The translations under genes and the position numbers were made by a program. A stretch of DNA of 64,000 bases from positions 114,640,001-114,704,000 of the forward strand of contig NC_058373.1 of assembly GCF_018350175.1 (NCBI RefSeq). Direction: 5' to 3'. The notes under the pieces are model-generated. The model was not told the DNA's origin, did not search any database, and worked only from the letters and a program-made list of their open reading frames with translations. Positions 14,001-26,334 of the stretch are shown piece after piece. Source of the stretch: Felis catus. Its lineage: Eukaryota. The stretch's first letter is position 1. Each line of letters begins with the position of its first letter.

Positions 14001-14654
14001 GGATGGAGTTCTGAACTAATTTAAAACATATGGTAGCCAAAAGAGCTCTTCTTCTTCTTCTTTTTTTTAAAGCCTCGCAGGAATACAAGATTATTTCAAG
14101 TGGGCTGAGTGCAGAGATACGTTTAACATCATCAGGGAAGTTGGAAACGTTCCCCTCTTCTAAGGCTGTGTTGGAAGGGCCCACCTCCTCCTGGAGTCGG
14201 ACTGGAGCCTCCAACTAAGGCCCTGTTAATAGACAGTCCTTAAGAGGACAAATGGACACTGTAGGTCTTGATTGGCTTTCTCCCACAAATATTTAAATAT
14301 TTGTTGTGGGGTGCAAGGAAAAACGAGCAAGAAAGCAAAGACCAAATAGTATCAACACCAATCAGTACCAAAAAACCCAAAGTTTACAATTTATACCCAA
14401 ACGTAGAAACATAATAATTATTTGAATTAACCAGAAAATTGAACATCGCCTCAAGTGGTGAAACTGAAGGCATGGGTTTTTCTCTCTCTCTCTCTCTTTT
14501 CCTTTTTACCTTGATATCTAATTTCAAATAGTATCTGCCATTCTTACCCAGGGATTCTGGTGTTGAATCTGAAGCTGACCTGCAATAAAGGCTTCTGGCC
14601 TAGATAACAGAAAGGTTCAGCAGCACATAACCCCTTAAAAAAGGATAAGCTATA

Positions 14655-15100
14655 GGGGCACCTGGGTGGCTCAGTCGGTTAAGTGTCTGACTTCAGCTTG
14701 GGTCATGATCTCATGGTTTGTGAGTTTGACCCCACGTCGGGCTTTGTGCTAACAGCCTGGAGCCTGGAACCTGCTTCAGATTCTGTGTCTCCCTCTCTCT
14801 CTGCCCTGCTCACGCTCTGTCTCTTTCTCTCTCAAAAATAAATAAACATTTAAAGAAATTGGGGCGCCTGGGTGGCTCAGTCGGTTGAGCGTCTGACTTC
14901 AGCTCAGGTCATGATCTCGCGGTCTGTGAGTTCGAGCCCCGCGTCCGGCTCTGTGCTGACAGCTCAGAGCCTGGAGCCTATTTCCAATTTTGTGTCTCCC
15001 TCTCTCTCTGCTCCTCCCCCATTCATGCTATGTCTCTCTCTGTCAGAAATAAACTTTAAAAAAAAAAGAAAGAAAGAAATAAAAATTAAAAAATAAATAA
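14655..15100 (+). mobile_element. Two tandem Can-SINEs (~14655-14855, ~14861-15100)
   Basis: Two full heads, CT tracts and A tails. Confidence 0.92.
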
Positions 15101-16502
15101 AATAGATAAGAAACATCATGGGGAAAAAATGGTTGCCCAAATTCCTACGTTTAACATTTTTATTCCCTTTTGTAATGGAGGACTTCACAAGCAAAATTCA
15201 CATTTAAAACACCACCATGAGAAAACATAAAGATTACTATTCAGTTTTAGAAAAGCAAAAACTAAATAAGGTGCTATTAAGTGTGTGGCCAAGGGAGGAT
15301 ATGAATATGAAGAATTCATTACCTCCTCTTAGGTCTTTTCTTTGACTTTACTCCAAACAGTGAGGGATAAATGACAAATTAAAAATTCACTTTATATGGG
15401 TCTTTTGCTCTATATCCTAACTGAGATGAATAGGGCAGGGCTTCAAAGAAGGAGAAAAAATATTTTAGATAGTCAGGCAATTAAAGCCCCATTTCCCAAA
15501 ATGCTCTAGATTGGGGTTGGCAGACAGGGGGAGGTGGGAGACCCACAGGTTTCTTCGGATCAGAGAATGGGAGAAGTACTTAATTTTAATTTGTAAGATG
15601 GGTGATATCAATACAAAAACGAGCATAAATTACACAAATTACGGATTCACATCCTCCATAATCCTTCCCAGCTGGCCACAAAGTTTAAGGGTTAGCCACA
15701 CTCTGACCCATCTCACTGTTCATTTGTTGTGTAGTCCAAGAGGACAGCCTGTTACCTGATCTTGAAGTAGCCTAGTTCTAAATAGAGTTAACCTGAGGCC
15801 AGTGCATTTTCTCTAACCCAGTATCAGTTTGGAGCTATTAACCTGTTCAAGCAGAGGGATACAACAACTGTTCTTCTCAATAGATTTCAAGAAGGAGCCA
15901 CCACCATCAACAAGAAAAAAAGATTACTGCATTCGGAACTCTGTCACTGTCTCATTTGCCTACATATCCTTGTCAATCTATGAACCCAGAAAACAGCCAT
16001 TCACCAGCACCCTACCCTGGTAGGCTGCCGCAATGCCCAGCAGCCCCTCCAGGAATTCCTGCCCCTTTCATCTCCTAGTATTCTCAAGTTACACAAGCTC
16101 TGAGAAAGACCTTTTTCTATTTGCAAAGGCATTTTGCTAGCTCAATACCAAGAGAAACCCATGCCTCTAAATATAGAGACCACCTTTGTAGAGTCACCCA
16201 AGTTGTAAGAAATTTTTAATAACCCGAAGATTCAAAGAGGGATCTAAACCTGGCTTGGCCTGTCACAGCAAAACTGCTTATTAAATAGAAGCTTCTTGGA
16301 AAAAAACAAAACAAAACTGCAAATTTATTAGCCATCTTCAAGCAAAGCAACTATTCTTCTCTCCCTAACACCTGTATTTAAACACATCATAGATAACTCC
16401 CTACTATCAATAGTCTAAGGTCTCGTTGGGTTTAGAAACATAGATATAAATAAAAACTGCCCCCTTCTTCCCATCCAAAATCCACATTAAAAAGAAATTC
16501 TA

Positions 16503-16726
16503 TTTACATTTTTTTTTCAACTTTTTTTTAATTTATTTTTTGGGACAGAGAGAGACAGAGCATGAACGGGGGAGGGGCAGAGAGAGAGGGAGACACAGAA
16601 TCGGAAACAGGCTCCAGGCTCCGAGCCATCAGCCCAGAGCCTGACGCGGGGCTGGAACTCACGGACCGCGAGATCGTGACCTGGCTGAAGTCGGACGCTT
16701 AACCGACTGCGCCACCCAGGCGCCCC
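16503..16726 (-). mobile_element. Young felid SINE (SINEC_Fc-type), 15-bp TSD TAAAAAGAAATTCTA
   Basis: TSD at 16488-16502 and 16727-16741; CpG-rich and nearly identical to four other copies in the window. Confidence 0.95.
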
Positions 16727-17293
16727 TAAAAAGAAATTCTAGATGGCAGGACGGATAGGCCATCACCTGATATGCTCCAAGAATAACCCAATAAATGTCT
16801 TAACAGGCCTTTTGCTAAAAGAAATCTTTCTGCTCAATTTCTCTCTAAGTGTATATATATCTAAGTGTGTGCCTGTATATTTGCACAACATTTGATATTC
16901 CTCAACATCTGTTGATAAAGAAGGGAACATCGATCAATTACTATTCATTGAGTACTGATCAACTTACATAGTTCTCCAAGGCTCCTTCCATAGTAATTGA
17001 CTAATTAGACTCCAACAAATGGCATGTCTGTCTAATTAACTGTATTGACTAGGATAGAAAAACCAGATGGCTTTCTAGCCTAGATTAGTAACAGCGGACA
17101 GGCTACTCTTTAAATCAAACAAACTCTTACTTCTTCCTGCCCTTTTGTCAGAAAGGGACAAAAATGCGATTGACCAATTTTATGATGTGCTCTCTAGAAG
17201 ACTATTTCCAGAAAAAGGTTTGCCATTGGTATATAATACTCATATCATTTATACTCAGTACCTGCCACAAACGTCATCCAAAGCAATCAGGGA

Positions 17294-18144
17294 GGGGCAC
17301 CTGGGTGGCTCAGTGGTTAAGCATCCAACTTCAGCTCAGGTCATGATCTCACAGCTCATGGGTTCAAGCCCCCCCGTGGGACTCTCTCTGCTTTCAGCAC
17401 AGAACCAGCTTGGGATCCCCTGTCTCCCTCTCCCTCTCCTCCTCCCCCACTCACACGGTCTCTCACTCTCTCAAAAATAAAAAAACATTTTAAAAAATTA
17501 AAAAAATAAAGTTCCCTTTAAAAAAGCAATCAGGGAAATTTTGCTTTGGAAATGGTCAAAGTCATAGGTTTATCTGATTTATGGTAGAAGAAATAGAATT
17601 CCATTGGCTCCCACAGAAGAATACAAATATATCGGGGCACCTGGGTGGCTCAGTCGGTTGAGCGTCCGACTTCAGCTCAGGTTATGATCTCACAGCTCGT
17701 GGGTTCGAGCCCTGCGTTGGGCTCTGTGCTGACAGCTCAGAGCCTGGAGCCTGCTTCGGATTCTGTGCCTCCCTCTCTCTCTGCCCCTAACCCACTCGCA
17801 TTCTGCCTCTATCTCTCTCAAAAATAAACAAACATTAAAAAAAAAATTAAAAAAAAAAAGAAAAAAGAATACAAATAGACATACTCGTAAGATTACCACT
17901 ATTTTTTAAAAATTTCATTGTTGAATTGGAATATATCTTTTTTTAATGTTTGTTTATTTTTGAGAGAGAGAGACAGAGCGTGAGCTGGGGAGGGACAGAG
18001 AAAGAGGGAGACAAAGAATCAGAAGCAGGCTCCTGACTGCAAGCTGTCAATACAGAGCCTGACTTGGGCTCGAACCCACAAACCGTGAGATTATGACCTG
18101 AGTAGAAATCGGATGCTTAACTGACTGGGCCACCCAGTCGCCCC
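17294..18144. mobile_element. Three Can-SINEs: ~17294-17520(+), ~17634-17865(+), ~17938-18144(-)
   Basis: TSDs AAAGCAATCAGGGA, AAGAATACAAATA and ATTACCACTATTTTTT. Confidence 0.92.
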
Positions 18145-18778
18145 ATATTACCACTATTTTTTGCATGTAAAGTTACATGATTCTTGCTTCTTTGGACCAT
18201 TTGCCATTTTGGCTCCACTAGGCTCCTGGAATTCTTTGGTTTATTAAAATAACTAACTTTTATGGGTTCTAAGTAGGAAAAATTCTATTAGTAAAGAAAC
18301 GTTCCATAAAGACAGCCAATAATAGTCAAATAATCAGTAGGGAAGAAATTTAAAAATGCTCTAAATCTCCAACAGCTGCTTGTAACAAAGTAGCCTGCAT
18401 TACTTAGAATTTTTATTTGGCAAAAGTCTTTTGGAAACCTGGGCAATCAACCCAATGGCCTTCAGCAACTAATCTCTCCTCTGTGGGTCTCAGTTTTTGT
18501 CTGTGGGGTCTGGAAAGTGGAGAGATGGCATCATTCATTTCAGTCTGCATATGAGTATTTCTATTCCATTCAAGCAAGGGTCTCCAACTATTCAGAGGAA
18601 GAAATGTCACTTTTTTGTCCAAAGTTTGAAGACACCCCAAAAAGAGGCAAAAGTACTGGAAGTAAAATCTCGAAGGAGGATGGGGCAGGTAGAACAGGAA
18701 AAGTTATACTGTTCCCTACCAGGAATTTCTTAATAGAGCCCAGTCTCTGAGCCAGGAACTACATTAAAGGAGAACTTT

Positions 18779-19401
18779 GGGGTACCTAAGTGGCTTAGTC
18801 AGTTGAGTGTCTGAATTTGGCTCAGGTCATGATCCCAGGGTTGTGGGATTGAGCCCCACTTCGGGCTCCATGCTGAGTGTGGAGGCTGCTTGGGATTCTC
18901 TCTCTCCCTCTGCCCCCCTCCCCCCTCTTGTGCTCCCTCTCTCTCTAAAATACAAAATAAAGTACATTTTTTTTTAATTTTTTTTCAACATTTTTATTTA
19001 TTTTTGGGACAGAGAGAGACAGAGCATGAACGGGGGAGGGGCAGAGAGAGAGGGAGACACAGAATCGGAAACAGGCTCCAGGCTCCGAGCCATCAGCCCA
19101 GAGCCTGATGCGGGGCTCGAACTCACGGACCGCGAGATCGTGACCTGGCTGAAGTCGGACGCTTAACCGACTGCGCCACCCAGGTGCCCCAATAAAGTAC
19201 ATTTTTAAAGAATTTCTTTAGGGGCACCAGGGTGGCTCAATCAGTTAAGTGTCAGCTCAGGTAATGATCTCGCAGTTAGTGAATTTGAGCACAGCACAGA
19301 GCTGTGCTTCGGATCCTCTGTCTCCCCCTCTCTGTGCCCCTCCCCTGCTCATGCTCACTCCCTCTCTCTCTCAAAGATAAACATTAAAAAAAATAAATAA
19401 A
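18779..19401. mobile_element. Nested SINE cluster: ~18779-18955(+), young SINEC_Fc-type 18967-19190(-), ~19220-19401(+)
   Basis: Inner TSD AATAAAGTACA; outer TSD TAAAGGAGAACT. Confidence 0.92.
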
Positions 19402-19454
19402 TAAAGGAGAACTGTCATGTTGTGTCACCAGATCACATCAATCTCTTAAGAACT

Positions 19455-19615
19455 CTTTTTTTTTTTTAATTTAATTTATGTTTTTAATTTACATCCAAGT
19501 TAGTTAGCATACAGTGCAACAATGATTTCAGGAGTAGATTCCTTAATGCCCCTTACCCATTTAGCCCATCCCCCTCCCACAACCCTTCCAGTAACCCTCT
19601 GTTGTTCTCCATATA
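19455..19615 (-). mobile_element. Severely 5'-truncated felid-type L1 (~160 bp), TSD CTTAAGAACT
   Basis: Reverse complement of the L1 3' end at ~11020-11160; TSD at 19445-19454 and 19616-19625. Confidence 0.85.
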
Positions 19616-20142
19616 CTTAAGAACTGTTCTTAAGAAATCAGTACACCTAGTATTCCTTCTTAGATGAACAATTACAAACCAGACCATATTAACAGGCCTG
19701 CATGTACTCCAAAATCTTTTAAGCTTTCTAAGCTCTACAACTACATCAGTAAATGGACTAAAAGATGACTTAATCCATGGCTAAAATCTTATTCCAGGAT
19801 TGCTAACACCTTAGAACCTCCAGGTTTCAGGAATTCCACAAAGTCTAATTTTCTATGCAAAATGATGTGCATATGTACATTTTCCTGAAATAAGTATTCA
19901 TAGCTTTTAGATATTTAAAGAGGTTTAGGATTCCAAAAGAGTTATAAATGGCTGATTTAATAAACAAGTTATTTTCATGCTATCTTTTTTTATAAAATAA
20001 AGTCTTCTAAATAATATATACAAAGAATTCCACTTTCTCATTAGCCCATGGAAGACACTACCAACACTTGCTTTGTAGAGCCCAGAGGGCTGCATGTCTA
20101 TGAGGAAGAGAGTGCAATCACAGCAAGAGCCAGTCTAGTCCT

Positions 20143-21295
20143 GGGGCCCCTGAGTGGCTCAGGCAGTTAAGCATCTGACACTTCGTTTCAGCTCAGGTCA
20201 TGATCTCACAGTTTGTGGTTCAAGCCTTGCATTGGGCTCCACCCTGACAGTGCAGAGCCTGCTTGGGATTCTCTCTCTCTCTCCCTCTCTCTCTGCCCCT
20301 CCCCTGCTCTCTTTCTCTCAAAAATAAATCAATAAACTTAAAAAAAAGAACAAAAAAAGAACCAGTCTAGTTCTGGTTCTGTGACCGATTACATCTGCTG
20401 TTTCAAACACTCTAGGCCTCTGCTTCTCATGGGGGTGAAGCCTGTCACTGGGAGAATTCAACATGAAATGAAAGTGCTTCAGAAGCTAAAGGGCTAAAAA
20501 CACTTAAGATATAAAAGAAAGACAAGGAAAAGAAAATATGAGCCTCAAGTCACAAAGCAAGCCAAAGGATGGAAACCAAGAGTATGCCTTTATTTCAGAT
20601 AAAGGAGAATATATGGCATGCCATGCCTCCAGTAAGCTTAATCAGGGCTGCACAGAGTTATAAAAAGAGCAAAGTTATAACTCTATAGAGTGCTTCACTG
20701 GCCTGGAGCAGACTTACTGGTGAACTCCCACACCTATACCGTACCCATATAATGTCAGCACAGAAAGGTTTAGTGATGATGTAATGTCTGAGGCCAAGCA
20801 ATGCATTCAAGGCCATTTTGTTGGACTCCCAAGGCACAAGTCAGCTCTTTTCTCCAGGGGATGAGTTAGGATATCATTCTCATGATTTTGGGGGCTTTGC
20901 CATCTAGCAACTTAAAAAGAAAGACCTGTGTAAGTGATCCCAGTGCTCAGATAATCCAAGCTCAACCCTTTTAAGAAAACTTTATCATACTTTCCCTTTC
21001 CTTCCCTCTCCCATTTTCAGCAAGAGGTAGGAACTATTAGGCGAGGCATTAGATAAGACCAAAGCAAAAGAAGACTTAAAAAATTACCACCCTGGGGGCA
21101 CCCAGGTGGCTCAGTCCGCTGAACGTCCGTCCGACTCTTGATTTCAGCTCAGGTCATGATTCCAGGGTCGTGGGATCAAGCCCCATGTCGGGCTGTATGC
21201 TGAGTGGAGCCTGTTTAAGATTCTGTCCTTCCCTCTCCCACTGCCCCTCCCTTGCGTGTACTCTCTCTCTCAAAAAATAAAAATAAATAAAAATA
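20143..21295 (+). mobile_element. Two separate Can-SINEs (~20143-20360 and ~21094-21295)
   Basis: Heads, CT tracts and A tails; TSD-like CCAGTCTAGT and AAAAATT(A/G)CCAC. Confidence 0.88.
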
Positions 21296-22164
21296 AATTG
21301 CCACACTGTCCATTTCCAGGCCACATATACCTGTTAGGCTGAAAGACTTACTTCCCAGAAGCCTGAGCTCTGCTGGACTTTCACAATGTAGGGCAAGAAC
21401 CATTTAAGGAACTGTGAAAGAAAGGGAACAAAAGCCTGGTGCTGTCTTATGAGTGTGTGCCAGAAGAGCTAGCAGGTGGAAAATTGGTCCTCTTTTTTAA
21501 CACTGTTAAGAGATTGGCTCACTGAGTATGCAGAGGGGAGTGTGAAGCTTGGGAGACAGAATGCACCTAGTCAGGCTTTAGGGAGAAAAGGAAAAAAAAA
21601 AAAAAAAAATCCAAGTATGATGGTGATAGCGAGGAGGAGAGCCCTTGGGTTCAGGCAGCCTCCAGAGGAAGGAGTGCTGTTTTACTGCAAGATTCCTCAC
21701 TATACCTTAAGACTAGAAAGTGGGCTGGTTTAAAAAAAAAAAAAGTTCAAGGCCATATCCAGCCTAATTGCTTTTGTTGATGCCCAGCCAATCTGATGTC
21801 ACTTATGTCACCTTATCTGATGACAGAAGTCATAAAACTTGAATAATTAAAAAATTATACTAGAAATAAACTATGTATTGTTGGCCAAAAATAGAGAAGA
21901 GAGATTGTATGTAGGGCCCTAAAATGAAAACATCAAAGAGGTTATTATGGGCAGTCAGTCACGTGTCTACTACAGCATCTGGCACACAGTAGATGCTCAA
22001 TAAATACCTGGGTTTTTTTTTTTTTTTTTTTAAAGAGGGAGGAGGGGGTATGACGTTAGGAAGGGCTCAGTAGGAGATAGCAAAAAGGAATTGCCTCCAC
22101 TCACCTATGAATTAGTGACAGACCAAGAAACTAAACTTGAGGGAAAAACATCCTGCTGGAGCAC

Positions 22165-22700
22165 AAAGGTTTTAAACTGGTGGCTCTAAGGCAGAATTGG
22201 CATGGTATACAGATTTATTTTATCCATACAATAATGTAGCAGTTTGTTACAACATCTAAAAATCAGGAGATTTCACATTAAAAATCTTAATTTCTGGCTT
22301 CCTTTGAAAAAAACCCAGAGGCCCTCATGGAAACAATAGGCTAAAGCTAAGTCAAAGCTTCATTTAGATGGGATTCATTTTTTTTTTAATTTTTTTAACA
22401 TTTATTCATTTTTTGAGAGAGAGAGAAACAGAGCACAAGTGGGGGAAGAGCAGAAAGAGAGGGAAACAGAATCAGAAGCAGGCTCCAGGCTCTGATCTGT
22501 CAGCACAGAGCCCAATGTGGGGCTCAAACCCACCAACTATGAGATCATGACCTGAGCCAAAGTTGGACGCTTAACCGACTGAGCCACCCAGGCACCCCTG
22601 GATGGGATTCATTTATATTCATTTATATTTAGAAGGGGTGGGCTCTCTAGTTGGCCACACTCGCCACCACCCCCTACTGATTACTTCTAACCCAATTCAC
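22165..22700. mobile_element. hAT-Charlie MITE fragment (MER103-like) interrupted by a Can-SINE (~22380-22598, minus; TSD ATGGGATTCATTT)
   Basis: 'aaaaatcaggagatttcacattaaaaatc...tttctggcttcctttgaaaa'; related degraded copies at ~400-470 and ~45890-46055. Confidence 0.6.
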
Positions 22701-22775
22701 TCATTTTTGCTGCTTGCCTTGCTTCTGCTGGCATCAAGTTGTAACTTTTTTGTATAATGAAGAGGGCTGTAATAC

Positions 22776-23040
22776 AACTCCTGACCTTGGAGTTGTGAGT
22801 TCGAGCCCAACATTGGGTCTAGAGATTATTTTAAAATAAAATATTAAAATATTAAATAAATAATAAAAATATTAAAAATAAAATATTAAAAAGAGAACTC
22901 AAAAATCTAGGTTCTAGTCCTGGCTCAGCTACACACATATATATGTCTTGACTTATGTACCCAACCTCTCTGAGCCTCAGTTCTCTCATCTGTAAGAAGA
23001 GGGTCTACATAAAATGATCTCTAAAGCTCTGTAATTAGAA
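22776..23040 (+). mobile_element. Truncated short tRNA-like Can-SINE with expanded AT-rich tail, followed by a MIR
   Basis: 'gttgtgagttcgagcccaacattgggtctagagatt'; MIR core 'ctctctgagcctcagttctctcatctgtaa'. Confidence 0.75.
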
Positions 23041-24165
23041 TTCATCTACAATGGTGGCAATATACATAGGGAAGACACAAAGTAGTCTCAGCCTATTTCA
23101 CACGCTGTTCCCTGAGTCTAATTTCTTGAGATGTTAATCTCGTTTTGAGGCTAAAGAATTACCTAGTGAACTATGATGGTCTTAAAAAAAAGTATAGGCT
23201 CTTTGGCACAGTATCTGTGTGGAAAGACTAATCTCACCGTAATTAAAAGCCAGAAGACTGTCTCAGATGGATAGATCACTTTCTTGACCATGTTCATTCC
23301 TATTATGGAAATTCTCAGATTCCTCTCTGGGATGGTTACCCAGTCTATGACTAAATGAAGAGTTCCAGAGCACAGAGCTTCCAGCTGTGGGCGTTCTTGA
23401 AGTATACAAGAACAGACCAAATATAAAGACCAATATAAGGAAAGGATAGGCTTTGGAATTTGAAAGCAGCAAAAAAAGATCCTGTCTGGACTAGTCAAAG
23501 AATATACATGTCAATCCTGTGGATCATACCATAACTGTAGCAGCTGCTGCTTTAGTTCTGAGTGTGGAAAGTCAGAGCTTATAAATCACCTCTGAGAGAC
23601 ATGTTCCAGCAATGAGACCGTAAGTTTGGCCTCCTGTGTAGCACTTAGAAAGTATAAGCTTAGTAGATTAGCCTCACTGAAAATCTATTATTTAATTCAT
23701 CCTCATAAAGCCCCTGGAAGTTAAGCAGGAAAAATGGTACTTATCAATTCTGCTTTACAATTAGGGAAGCCTTAGGCCCACCAAAAGCTAAAACCACACA
23801 TTGACCAAAGTATTCAAGATTTGCTTCAACAAATATTTATTGTGCTCTCACTGCTTTCGTGTACTGGAGACAAGACAATGATGAATTAGCCACATTTCAT
23901 TTCTTTGTCTCCAAGGAGTGAACAAAATAGCCTAACATAAATCTCTATACTTCCTATTCCCTAGGTTACATACTTCTGATAATCTATATGGGGACTATGA
24001 GCAGACTTGAAAGACTTTACCTCTGAAATGGATCCAAAGTTAGAGTCAATGACTTCACATCCTCCTTCACAGAAAACCACATATCCCAATCAAAAAGCAT
24101 CTAGATTGTCAGAGAGTATACAGTACGCATAAACTTTTCCCCACAGGATAAAAATTCATACATAA

Positions 24166-24605
24166 GGGGTGGCTGGCTAGCTCAGTCACAAGAGCATGCG
24201 ACTCTTGATCTTGGGGTCGTGAGTCTGAGTCCAACATTGGGTGCAGAGATTACTTAAATGAGTATTTTTTTTTTATTACACATAATAAATTAGTCAAATC
24301 TGAACAGAAAAAAATCAAAGCCATTCAATGTTTCTATCATTATATATAACCTTAAAGGTAAAAACAACTACATTTTGGGGTGCCTGGGTGGTTCAGTCAG
24401 TTAAATGTCCAACTTTGGTTCAGGTCATGATTTCATGGTTCGTGGGTCCGAGCCCGGCATCAGGCTCTGTACTGAATGCCTGCTCAGAGCCTGGAGTCTG
24501 CTTTAAGATTCTGTGTCTCCTTCTGTCTCTGCCCCTCCCATGCTCACGTTCTGTCTCACTCTGTCTCTCAAAAATAAATAAATCTAATAAAAAATTAAAA
24601 AAACA
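24166..24605 (+). mobile_element. Short tRNA-Lys-like SINE (~24166-24260) and full Can-SINE (~24377-24605)
   Basis: A/B-box heads; the second has TSD AAAACAACTACAT-like. Confidence 0.88.
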
Positions 24606-24723
24606 ACAACTACATCTTGTTAATGTACATAACCAGGAAAATCACAAAATACCTTCTCTGGTTCTGCCTACAGCAATACCTGTCCCAGTGGGTCTGGGCA
24701 AAATGGGTAATTATAATCTAGGT

Positions 24724-24941
24724 CAGAGGTTCTCAGTTGGGGCAATTTTTTTCCCAGAGGACATTTGGCAACGTCTGGAGACATTTTTGGTTGTCTGGGG
24801 GATGGCTGGGGGAGATATTACCAGCATCTAGTGGGGACAGACCAGGGGTGCTACTAAGTATCCTATAATGCACAGTAGAGCCCCACAAAACAAAGAATTA
24901 CTCAACCAAAATGTCGATAGTGCAGAGGTCAAGAAACCATG
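24724..24941 (+). mobile_element. MER20 (hAT-Charlie MITE)
   Basis: CAGAGGTTCTC...GAAACCATG termini; internal 'ggacatttggcaacgtctggagacatttttggttgtc'; degenerate 8-bp TSD ATCTAGGT/GTCTGGGT. Confidence 0.85.
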
Positions 24942-25698
24942 GTCTGGGTGTTCTATATATTGGCTCGAAGCCTATGTTCTGGGTCTTTTAAGGGCCCCAC
25001 GCAGACAGGTTCTGGCTGCTAATATAGGAGCTAAAAGAAAACAACATCTATTCTCCTTTACCTCTTCACCTTTCCCTCAGCCTCTGTGTTTCTGGTAATA
25101 AAGCCTAATAAATCATTACATTTAGTGCCTGCTTTTTATTGATCATTGAAATAAGGATCACACACATAAGAGATGGACAAAGATGGAAAATCAACTTAAA
25201 AGCAAGGAAGAAAGGCAAGGAGGAAGAAAGGAAGGAAGAAAGAGAGGGAGGGGTTTCGTTGTCATTTCCACAGCTAAATGAAACTAAATCAACCAATCTA
25301 AAGAGCAGACAATGATCTGTTCTGGTGTGAGTCTGATCATGTCTGGGAACTGCTTCTTCCCACCTAAGAAACAAATAGCACATAGAAAGTAAGTCATTCG
25401 TTTATATAACTGAGGACACCTAGTGGTTTCCAGTGTGTCACAGCTAAGTAGGCCCTAAGATTGCCTTCAATATAAATTCTGAATTTAGATATATATTCCC
25501 CATTTATAAAAGGGACATCCCTAGTCTAGACAACTTAAAAGATACTTTCAGTTTCTTTAATATTCAATTCAATTCAACAAGCATTTATTGTGCTCCTACT
25601 ACCTATACTAGTCTTTAAGCTATGATGTTGGGGAGCATGTAGCAACTTCAGCCTAGGAAGAAAAATCTTAGCTTCTGCCTTCTAAAAGCAAGGTACTC

Positions 25699-25850
25699 GG
25701 GGGCACCTGAGTGGCTCAATTAGTTAAGGGTCTGACTATGGCTCAGGTCATGATCTCACAGTTCATGTGTTTGAGCCCTGCCACTGGGCTCAGTGCTGTC
25801 AGCACAGAGTTCACCTTGGATCCTCTGTGCCCCACACTCCCTCTCCCTCT

Positions 25851-25884
<34 letters not shown>
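25699..25884 (+). mobile_element. Can-SINE with ~33-nt pure poly(A) tail
   Basis: Head GGGGCACCTGAGTGGCTC; A run at 25852-25884. Confidence 0.9.
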
Positions 25885-25888
<4 letters not shown>

Positions 25889-26268
25889 GAGTATTCACAA
25901 GTTCCCCAAGAACGGTTTCTTTTATGTCAACTCTAAAGAGGTGAGTACAGCACGTGAGAAGTATATGTCAAAATTTTACATGGTTGATGAACCCAAAGAG
26001 AAAGCTAAGCATTAGCAAGAGACTAAGAACTCTATTTTTCCAATCTAGATGGGAAATAGCATAAGATCTGTTGTTTTAGAAGAAAAAAAAATCTATTTGT
26101 TTATTTGACCAATGCCTCCATATTTGTTTTTACTCGGCTTGATTACTGAGACCAGTCCAACTGGTGCACTCACTGACACTCACTTCAGAACTTCTATGGC
26201 CAAGACAGACAGGTGCAAGAATGTCAAGCATGTTTTTAGACTGCCAGCTCTAAGTCAACATCAGTGTC

Positions 26269-26334
26269 TCAATTCCCAGTGAGACTGTGAAAAGGCTGGA
26301 AACACAGCTTGGGTTCTCCTTCCCAGTTGTGATG
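26269..26334 (-). CDS. DCAF5: Candidate alternative terminal exon, coding part HHNWEGEPKLCFQPFHSLTGN* in frame after exon 6
   Basis: Strong 3' splice site CTGAC-tctttttctttttattgcCAG|; phase 0; downstream AATAAA signals. No transcript evidence available. Confidence 0.45.
   Translation of the reverse strand, partial: HHNWEGEPKLCFQPFHSLTGN

Noticed and set aside
13885..14260. 109-aa minus ORF (MEAPVRLQEEVGPS...) as an extra exon or retrogene
   Set aside because: No resemblance to the DCAF5 sequence I recall or any other known protein, non-ATG start, no convincing donor, and it runs into L2 sequence.
24328..24831. Longest ORF (167 aa) and the recurring 'MAQSVKRPTSAQVMIS...' and 'GQRETEHERGRGRERG' ORFs
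   Set aside because: Read-through of Can-SINE and MER20 sequence; the recurring peptides reflect repeat copies, not a gene family.
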